From Candidatus Thorarchaeota archaeon (GTDB lineage Archaea > Asgardarchaeota > Heimdallarchaeia > Hodarchaeales > Hodarchaeaceae), in NCBI GenBank assembly GCA_048882505.1, contig JBHLRO010000051.1:1-7759 (forward strand): 7,759 nucleotides of DNA, written 5' to 3'. The translations under genes were made by a program, and so were the position numbers. How positions within the stretch are numbered: the first letter of the stretch is position 1; every line of letters starts with the position of its first letter. The notes under the pieces were generated by a model. The model was not told the origin of the DNA. It worked only from the letters and a program-made list of their open reading frames with translations, and did no database searches. Of the stretch, positions 1 to 6,240 are shown piece after piece.

Positions 1-576
1 AATCTAGATATGATCAAAGATGTGTACAAAATTCGGAAGAGGTCATCGCTACTTCCGCAAGAAGCCAGCTGTGTGGAGATGCTTTCCGCAAGAGAGAATG
101 TCCTCTATCACGGTGGGATCCATTCTGGGGATATTCTTTCTGAAGAAGAGCTACGGAATCAAACTGATAAAATCCTCAAACTGATCGGATTGGAAACCAG
201 GCAGAATGATTTAACCAAAAAGTTCAGCGGGGGAATGAAGCGAAGAGTATTGGTGGCCTCTTCTTTGGTTATGAATCCTGATTTACTGTTTCTGGATGAA
301 CCAACAACAGGAATCGATATTCTAGGCGCCCAACAGATCAGACAATTGATCAAACAGCTTGCCTCTGAAGACAAGACGATTTTCCTCACAACTCATGATT
401 TAACAGATATAAATGAGCTTTGCGACAGGGTGGGCATCTTGGTGGACGGAAAGATAGTAACAGTGGGGGAACCAGCAGAACTGGAAGAAAAGTACAAGCT
501 TAATGGAATAGAGGCTGTTTATACAAATTTGGTAAGAAAAATCCGAATTGATGAAGGTATTACAGTATTGGGATGA
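1..576 (+). CDS. ABC transporter ATP-binding protein (ABC-2/DrrA-NatA-like exporter ATPase), 5'-truncated by the window edge
   Basis: Q-loop LLPQE, signature FSGGMKRR, Walker B/D-loop LLFLDEPTTGID and H-loop FLTTHD are present. Walker A is absent and the frame is open from base 1 (aat cta gat atg), so the ATG at 10 is probably internal. Stop TGA at 574-576. Confidence 0.95.
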   Translation, partial: NLDMIKDVYKIRKRSSLLPQEASCVEMLSARENVLYHGGIHSGDILSEEELRNQTDKILKLIGLETRQNDLTKKFSGGMKRRVLVASSLVMNPDLLFLDEPTTGIDILGAQQIRQLIKQLASEDKTIFLTTHDLTDINELCDRVGILVDGKIVTVGEPAELEEKYKLNGIEAVYTNLVRKIRIDEGITVLG

Positions 577-582
577 ACATTT

Positions 583-1521
583 ATGACTTACACACAGATT
601 AAATTCTTAGTTAGGCGTGAATTACAAGGAGCCCGAAGAACTCGGGGCATTATGTTAATGGTGGTCGTCATGCCATTACTTTTTTGGGGGATTCAAATCA
701 TCTTACCGCTAATGCGATTGGGATTAGTGGCGAATTCAGAAGGAACCCCCCAGAATTCTGAGATCTCTCCAATCCAAAATTTAACTCCTCAAGATGTTTC
801 ACTCGATCTGGGAATGCCCTTAATGATTGCATTACTCGTAACTTTTTTCACCGCTGTTCCTTATATCTCATCTGCAATTGCAGGAGAGAAAGAAAAGAAG
901 ACGTTGGAATCACTATTGAGTCTACCTCTTTCACGCCAGAAGATATTGTCCGCCAAGATCGTAGCTGGATCTCTCTTAGGTATCATCTCCGTCATTATTA
1001 ACCTAACTTGCTTTATTATTTATCAGTTCATTACTAATGAAATAGTTGCTCCTTCGAACAACTGGTCATCCGTAGTTTTTGCAACATACCTCTCTCCGAC
1101 CTTGATACCAATGTTTGGCCTTACGCTTATGCTATGTACCCTACTAAATCTTGGAATTGGGATATCAATTGCTTCTTTGGCCAAAAGCGCAGAGACCTCT
1201 AGGCAGATTTTTACTCTGTTTATGATGCCGATGCTGGTCTTCCTCACAATCAACCTTTTTACAGGGATTCCTGAGATGCTTAGTATAAGGATGGTCTCCC
1301 CCTTGCCTCTTCTCCTTTACTTGGTTCCTTGGGAACATGCACTGGCAATATTTCAAAAAACCCTCTTACCGCAGTACTTTACTTCAAACAATCTTTTATT
1401 GATCCCAATCGGAAATATATGGGCAGATGTAGTGTTTCATCTGATATCAATCGTTTTCACACTTTTTCTAGTTATTTGGATTGCGGCGAAGGTTTTTGAA
1501 AGAGAAAATTTGGTAAATTAA
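583..1521 (+). CDS. ABC-2 type exporter permease (NatB-like motif), about 6 TM
   Basis: N-terminal 'LVRRELQGARRTRGIMLMVVVMP' is a typical ABC-2 start. Family motif IAGEKEKKTLESLLSLPLSRQKILSAK is present, with about six hydrophobic segments. Starts 6 bp after the ATPase stop. Confidence 0.92.
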   Translation: MTYTQIKFLVRRELQGARRTRGIMLMVVVMPLLFWGIQIILPLMRLGLVANSEGTPQNSEISPIQNLTPQDVSLDLGMPLMIALLVTFFTAVPYISSAIAGEKEKKTLESLLSLPLSRQKILSAKIVAGSLLGIISVIINLTCFIIYQFITNEIVAPSNNWSSVVFATYLSPTLIPMFGLTLMLCTLLNLGIGISIASLAKSAETSRQIFTLFMMPMLVFLTINLFTGIPEMLSIRMVSPLPLLLYLVPWEHALAIFQKTLLPQYFTSNNLLLIPIGNIWADVVFHLISIVFTLFLVIWIAAKVFERENLVN

Positions 1522-1557
1522 CCTTAAGAGACAAAGGATTAGAGTTTAACTAAAACA

Positions 1558-2238
1558 TTATGAAAGAATATCTCGGATTTCTTTTAAGGTTGAATAAAGC
1601 TCGTGATAGAACTTCCTGTCACCATTTCGAGGTATTCCCGCTCTTTCCGTTGTTGTTGTATATAGGCCCGAAAGACTCCGGAGAGACGTAAGTATAAAAT
1701 CCCGTATTTCTCGGAAATTACGAACTCCCTCAATTTTGGCTTCAGGCTCAACGTAAACACCTGACTTTCCAGAAGCCGTTTCGATTTCTACCGTTCCTAT
1801 TCCAAAGATTCTATCATAAATCCCATATCTGGTACTTACATTGGTAATCACGCGAAATGGAATATGTGTTACAGTTTTATTAATAATACCTTTGCGAACA
1901 ACCACCTCTGTCCCATCTAGGGTGTATTCAATCGCTCGTACATAATAAACAATCACGACAAAAGATAGAACAAAGGAAATCAGGGTTATCAAAATAATTC
2001 CTGGAAAAATGATATCTCCGAACAAGGTCAATAGGAGCTGAAGACGGCTCTGAAAGTTTTCTGAACCTACGGTTGCATCAAGAAGAACCATAAGGGATCC
2101 CAATATAATCGCAACTGTAACCCAAACGCCCAGAGCAATTGTGATAATATAGAGAAACAGCTTATTACGATATGCAGGCTTGGGTTTGAAAGAATATGGA
2201 TGTCCTTTTCCAGTAATAGGAGACAGCACGAAAATCAT
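1558..2238 (-). CDS. Membrane protein with bacterial PH domain (bPH_2/PF03703, YdbS-like), paralog B
   Basis: Two N-terminal TM helices, then 'YTLDGTEVVVRKGIINKTVTHIPFRVITNVSTRYGIYDRIFGIGTVEIETA', which matches the bPH_2 pattern. I prefer ATG at 2238, which forms an ATGA overlap with the upstream stop, over the ORF-track GTG at 2244. Confidence 0.88.
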   Translation of the reverse strand: MIFVLSPITGKGHPYSFKPKPAYRNKLFLYIITIALGVWVTVAIILGSLMVLLDATVGSENFQSRLQLLLTLFGDIIFPGIILITLISFVLSFVVIVYYVRAIEYTLDGTEVVVRKGIINKTVTHIPFRVITNVSTRYGIYDRIFGIGTVEIETASGKSGVYVEPEAKIEGVRNFREIRDFILTSLRSLSGLYTTTTERAGIPRNGDRKFYHELYSTLKEIRDILS

Positions 2239-2897
2239 CCCCACCGTTCCCTTAAAAGGTCTCGAATTTCTTTTAGCAACATCAGAGATTCTCTTTGAAG
2301 GTCCTCCTGGCTATAGGGGACGCCTTCTTCTATGATTTGGTTAGATTCAATCGATTGAAAGGCCCGGATTTGGCGTAGGATGTAATCCCGAATTTCTGCA
2401 TATAGTCGAAGCCCTTCTAGACGTTCTTCAGGCTCTGTAACTGAGCTACTTGCACCAGCTGTTTCGATATTGACATTACCAATTCCCAACACCCGATCCA
2501 ACGGACCAGCATTCGTGGAAATATTCACTATATTCCTATAGGGACAATGTTTAACTGTCCGGTTAATAATGCCTTTGTGAACAACTACCTCGTCTCCATG
2601 AACAATGTACAACATAGTACGGACATAAAATGGAAGAAAAATTAATATGGGCACAAAAAAGAGGCCTGTTAGCACGAAACTTAACACAACAAAAAAATCC
2701 AAAATTTCTCCAGAGAAAGCGTCGGTGAGAAGCAGGCCTAAAACCCAAATCACCCCAATAACTATAATTAAGCTCATAACCCATAAACCCAAAATAATTA
2801 GCGCATATTTCCACAACAATCGAGAATGAGGGCGAATGTGTCGTACTTCAGGCTCAGGGTATATTCCATCTCCTTTTATTAAAACCGCGTTACTCAT
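2235..2897 (-). CDS. Membrane protein with bacterial PH domain (bPH_2/PF03703, YdbS-like), paralog A
   Basis: Two TM helices, then 'YIVHGDEVVVHKGIINRTVKHCPYRNIVNISTNAGPLDRVLGIGNVNIETAG'. A GGTGA RBS lies 9 nt upstream of the ATG. Confidence 0.88.
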   Translation of the reverse strand: MSNAVLIKGDGIYPEPEVRHIRPHSRLLWKYALIILGLWVMSLIIVIGVIWVLGLLLTDAFSGEILDFFVVLSFVLTGLFFVPILIFLPFYVRTMLYIVHGDEVVVHKGIINRTVKHCPYRNIVNISTNAGPLDRVLGIGNVNIETAGASSSVTEPEERLEGLRLYAEIRDYILRQIRAFQSIESNQIIEEGVPYSQEDLQRESLMLLKEIRDLLRERWG

Positions 2898-2906
2898 TGC
2901 TGATTT

Positions 2907-2913
2907 TCACCTA
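2907..2913 (-). promoter_or_regulatory. Ribosome-binding site (AGGTGA) overlapping the HTH gene stop codon
   Basis: The minus strand reads TAGGTGAaaatcagcaATG. GGTGA is complementary to the 16S 3' end and is typical of archaeal SD sequences. Confidence 0.7.
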
Positions 2914-3426
2914 TCGTTGAATTATGGCTATGGCCTCTCTAAATTGATCAAGAATGACCTTGTCTTTTATCTCTGGGGGTAGTTCTATCTGTCTTTCCCG
3001 TAAAATCAAATCCAGGGTGGACTGACATCGATGTTGACAACGATCGGAACAGAGATGCTCCCACCATGCCACTACTCCCAACTCTCGAGTATAAATAAGG
3101 TAGACCTTGGTGTTGTGAACCCAATCAAATGCAATTAGAAGACCCGTATCCTTTGGCATTTTTGCCAGATCGAGATCCAGACGATTGGCCTCTGCGATCT
3201 TACGTAATTCTCTTTCCAGTTTTTTTCGAACGACAACCTTGGTCTTTCGAATATTCTCAGGGCTTCTTTCGATTTTTTTTCCTTGCTTGTCCTTATTTAG
3301 TTTTTCATTCCTATTTAGATCGTCAGCGATCTGTTGTGCATCTTTTCCCTCATTGACCAACCGGAACACCTCTAGTTCGTACTCCGTTAAAAATTCAGGC
3401 CTCTGAGACAAGAAAGAGTTCTCCAT
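2911..3426 (-). CDS. Putative transcriptional regulator: N-terminal LuxR/sigma70-region-4-like HTH plus C-terminal His/Cys putative metal-binding domain
   Basis: 'LTEYELEVFRLVNEGKDAQQIADDL...SPENIRKTKVVVRKKL' parallels the LuxR/GerE consensus 'LTPRELEVLRLLAEGLSNKEIAERL..SEKTVKTHVSNILRKL'. The C-terminal part has 'WWEHLCSDRCQHRC'. Soluble, 171 aa. Confidence 0.7.
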   Translation of the reverse strand: MENSFLSQRPEFLTEYELEVFRLVNEGKDAQQIADDLNRNEKLNKDKQGKKIERSPENIRKTKVVVRKKLERELRKIAEANRLDLDLAKMPKDTGLLIAFDWVHNTKVYLIYTRELGVVAWWEHLCSDRCQHRCQSTLDLILRERQIELPPEIKDKVILDQFREAIAIIQR

Positions 3427-3502
3427 CTAGGTAGAGATCGCTACTTTGAAAGAACATACCTTTAGACATTGGTAATTGGTTTGGGTATCTTTAGGTGATG
3501 TC

Positions 3503-3518
3503 TTTATATTTTATTACT
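3503..3518 (-). promoter_or_regulatory. Candidate archaeal BRE/TATA promoter for the HTH-PH-PH unit
   Basis: The minus strand reads AGTAATAA-AATATAAA, an A-rich BRE-like stretch followed by a TATA-like box, in the only long intergenic region. Orientation is ambiguous because the + strand reads TTTATATT. Confidence 0.4.
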
Positions 3519-3539
3519 CATGGCTGGACATTGGATTAC

Positions 3540-3555
3540 AAAACCGTGCGGTTTT
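3540..3555. repeat. 16-bp interrupted palindrome AAAACCG-TG-CGGTTTT
   Basis: Perfect 7-bp arms with a 2-bp spacer, 18 bp past the DJ-1 stop codon. Could be an operator or a terminator-like hairpin. Confidence 0.75.
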
Positions 3556-3573
3556 TCATGATCGGGATGGCAA

Positions 3574-4536
3574 CTAGGAGGTGTGAACTAGGAGTTGATT
3601 GGCGTCAACGGAGAATTCACTAATTCTTTCCCTGCTTTCGATTCGGTCAAAGATTGAAATTGTTTTACAGTCAACGATATAGTCCCCATTGGAAAGGATT
3701 CCGAATGAAATCCGGAAATCCCCATCATTGGTGGATTCAAGCATGAATCTTCCAATTTGTACTACCGTTTCGCTTTCAACACGGGAAAGAGTAATGTTCA
3801 TGTGGTTCACGATTCTGGGATCTGAGAGCGTGATAATTAAAGTATAATTCCAACCATTACTTTCCTTGTGTATTTTAAGGGCGGCATTAAGAGTGTAAGA
3901 ATAACCTAGCGAATTAGCTATTGCATAACTCAATTCCTCGTAGTTGGGGTCTGTTGCTGAAATAACATTGCCGTCGATAATTACTGTGGAGCTTTCTACG
4001 TAAATTCCTCCAGCTTCTACAATACTGGAGACATCCTGGGGGGAAGAGGTGAACTTCTTGCCATTGAGGAGGCCCGATGAGGCCTGAACCAAAATACCTT
4101 CACCACAGGCAGCAATAACGAGGTTATCCCTGCTAGCCTTTCGTAATAGCGTGGATACGAGCACGTCAGTAATAAAAGCAGAAGATATATTACCACCAGG
4201 TATGTAAATCCCATCAAAGCCCGTTATGTTTGTGGCTCCCTGAAGAACATAAAGATCCCGGAATAGGGTGCCATCATCCGCGGTAACGTTCTGGATTAGT
4301 CCTGCAAGAGTGATTCTGGTACCCCAAAGCTCGCCAATGAAATGGGCCACATTCTGAAAATCCCGCTTTGAGAACCCGTCAGAAAGAAAAACAATGACAT
4401 CCGCCCCATGCATGGAAATTGCGGTATTGGTTTGAGGAGTATCAAAGTTTTCCATTAGAAACAGCGAAAACCCAAAGAACAGCAATTGAATTCCAACCAC
4501 CACCACTAGAATTAGACGCCTCATATTCTTATTCAT
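3574..4536 (-). CDS. Membrane-anchored/exported DJ-1/PfpI-family protein with degenerate active site and C-terminal beta-rich domain
   Basis: N-terminal RR plus about 20 hydrophobic residues. DJ-1/PfpI motifs VIVFLSDGF, FDGIYIPGG, VIAACGEG, SGLLNGKKFTS and DGNVISATDP are present. ATG at 4536 lies 5 nt after a GGTGA RBS, and the ORF-track GTG at 4545 is part of that RBS. Confidence 0.85.
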   Translation of the reverse strand: MNKNMRRLILVVVVGIQLLFFGFSLFLMENFDTPQTNTAISMHGADVIVFLSDGFSKRDFQNVAHFIGELWGTRITLAGLIQNVTADDGTLFRDLYVLQGATNITGFDGIYIPGGNISSAFITDVLVSTLLRKASRDNLVIAACGEGILVQASSGLLNGKKFTSSPQDVSSIVEAGGIYVESSTVIIDGNVISATDPNYEELSYAIANSLGYSYTLNAALKIHKESNGWNYTLIITLSDPRIVNHMNITLSRVESETVVQIGRFMLESTNDGDFRISFGILSNGDYIVDCKTISIFDRIESRERISEFSVDANQLLVHTS

Positions 4537-4541
4537 TGTTT

Positions 4542-4547
4542 TCACCT
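4542..4547 (-). promoter_or_regulatory. Ribosome-binding site (AGGTGA) of the DJ-1/PfpI gene
   Basis: The minus strand reads AAGGTGAaaacaATG. Confidence 0.72.
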
Positions 4548-4605
4548 TTCATTTCCGATTTGTCCATAAGAATACATCAAATTTAGATGAGAACGGAAGT
4601 ACGAG

Positions 4606-6240
4606 CTACTCAAGGTTTTCTAACCTCTTTTTACCAAGCCAAATGAAGGTCATTCCAAGTAGCCATATTAACAGGCCGTACAGAAGAATCCAACTATAGA
4701 AGTGAGCATCTCGCTCCGTAAAACCTCTCAAAAGGAATCCTATTGTGTCATAGGCGAAATTCTCCAGAAGAATCATTCCCAAGAAGAAGGGTATAAGTAA
4801 CAAGAAAATGCATATTTGGAGATTGATTTGATACTCAGCGGCCTTATCATCATACGCAGGATTCATAAGGAACAAACCCAAGACGACAGCTACCGTTCCT
4901 GAAGCAATCATCAATGAAAAAACCAGGTTGCTTCCAAACATCATCCCGTTCATGCCTGCTATGCGTAAACCCACAACAATATCAAAAATAAGGACCACGG
5001 GCATAATTAATAGTAAATACTGCCAAAATTTTGCTATAATATAGCGTGATGTTCCAGAAGGGGTTTGTTTGTATATTAACAGATTTTCTTTTCCTTGTAG
5101 GGTTACTTCAGAAACCACGAAAGCAGCTAATAGAGGTGCAAGGATTCTAGTACTAACAATGGCGCCACGATGGTCAGTAGGTGTCATTAGAAATAGAGAA
5201 ACCATTGCGGTCAAACCAATGGCGTACACAGCCCATGAAATATTCCTGGCATTGCGTACATAATTCTTGAAACCAGAAACCAATAGTGTTCCAAAGGAGT
5301 TTGTTACTCCCAATCTCTTAATAAACTTGTAAAAAATTCCATCTGGTTTCGCGGTCGAGGCACTAAACGTGGAGGGTTCCATGTTGTAGGCTCGATCGGC
5401 CAAAATTCCGCCTAAATACACTGAGGCAAAAAAAAAGACCAAGATTCCACCAAATTGAAGATATGCAAACGGATCTACGGCCGACAAATCTCCCGGATTT
5501 CGTGCAAATTCCACGATGACCCCGGCACCCCACGCACTAGGAACGAAGGTGAGAATGTCTTGAACTAATTTTCCAATTGCCGGGTCTTTTAGGGCTTCTA
5601 GGTAGCCCCCCATAAAACCATATAAGATTGCTACCAACGGCAATATTATTAGGACGGCCAATCCCCTACCAATGTCTCGTCCTCGTGCGGATTTCATGAG
5701 AAAGGATCGGAGAATCACAGCAACGAGATTTCCAATCCATAAGGCGGAAAAAAATATTACCACGAAGATTAAAACAACGATAAGTATCTGAACCATGTCT
5801 AGATTCAATGGTACCAACACTGCTGTAAATAAACCCCCAATGATCACCGCAAAAACGGTATAAAAAGGGGATTTGCCAACAAACTCTCCAATCAAGAGAT
5901 CACTGGAGTGTACAGGCGAACTCAGTAATAGAGATAATTGGTCAGCCTTAATGTCCTGTAAAGTGGACACTATCGGAAAAGTGAGGAAAATTAAGAAAAA
6001 ATAGGTGAGGAGAAACTGAATCATTACGACTGCTACCTGCGAGAGGATTATAGCTTGAATTTCGTCTATCAGCGAGTTTACCAGCATCGGGGCTATGACA
6101 AAAATCCATAGAGCTAATCCACCAGGTATTATATATGGCAGGTAGGGACGATATCCCCTTATCCTTGATGTGGTAACTCTATATTGTGCGCGGCTTATTG
6201 GAAACCAGGCAAAGTCAAAACCACGCCCCATAATGTTCAC
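4606..6240 (-). CDS. ABC exporter permease, about 12 TM, two fused ABC-2-like halves
   Basis: About 12 hydrophobic segments. Two copies of an ABC-2-type coupling-loop motif: QLSLLLSSPVHSSDLLIGEF and NLLIYKQTPSGTSRYIIAKF. The GTG start overlaps the ATPase stop (GTGA, 6237-6240); an alternative ATG lies at 6231. Confidence 0.85.
   Translation of the reverse strand: MNIMGRGFDFAWFPISRAQYRVTTSRIRGYRPYLPYIIPGGLALWIFVIAPMLVNSLIDEIQAIILSQVAVVMIQFLLTYFFLIFLTFPIVSTLQDIKADQLSLLLSSPVHSSDLLIGEFVGKSPFYTVFAVIIGGLFTAVLVPLNLDMVQILIVVLIFVVIFFSALWIGNLVAVILRSFLMKSARGRDIGRGLAVLIILPLVAILYGFMGGYLEALKDPAIGKLVQDILTFVPSAWGAGVIVEFARNPGDLSAVDPFAYLQFGGILVFFFASVYLGGILADRAYNMEPSTFSASTAKPDGIFYKFIKRLGVTNSFGTLLVSGFKNYVRNARNISWAVYAIGLTAMVSLFLMTPTDHRGAIVSTRILAPLLAAFVVSEVTLQGKENLLIYKQTPSGTSRYIIAKFWQYLLLIMPVVLIFDIVVGLRIAGMNGMMFGSNLVFSLMIASGTVAVVLGLFLMNPAYDDKAAEYQINLQICIFLLLIPFFLGMILLENFAYDTIGFLLRGFTERDAHFYSWILLYGLLIWLLGMTFIWLGKKRLENLE

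Noticed and set aside
159-1356. Minus-strand ORFs 159-389, 1023-1253 and 1165-1356
   Set aside because: They lie fully antisense to well-supported ABC genes and show no motif or RBS, so they are shadow ORFs.
2563-3406. Short ORFs 2563-2814 (-), 2647-2829 (+), 3129-3356 (+) and 3185-3406 (+)
   Set aside because: They are nested in or antisense to the PH and HTH genes, and their composition mirrors the real gene's codons.
4507-4524. Possible Tat signal (MRRLIL) on the DJ-1 protein
   Set aside because: Met before RR does not fit the usual (S/T)RRxFLK context, so a Sec signal anchor is the simpler reading.
2242-4545. ORF-track GTG starts at 2244 and 4545
   Set aside because: The downstream ATGs fit better: 2238 gives an ATGA overlap, and 4536 is 5 nt from an RBS that contains the GTG.
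4551-4600. Imperfect nested hairpin (TTCCG/CGGAA outer, CATC/GATG inner) between the permease and DJ-1 genes
   Set aside because: The stems are only 4-5 bp with no U-tract, which is within chance expectation.
2890-4608. TAG stops of the HTH, DJ-1 and permease genes as pyrrolysine or readthrough candidates
   Set aside because: In-frame continuation meets another stop within 5-18 codons and does not fuse to the next gene.
5428-5436. A9 run (T9 on the coding strand) and other 7-8 nt homopolymers as phase-variation sites or internal terminators
   Set aside because: They are explained by Phe or Lys codon runs (VFFFA, GKK) in intact frames, with no frameshift seen.
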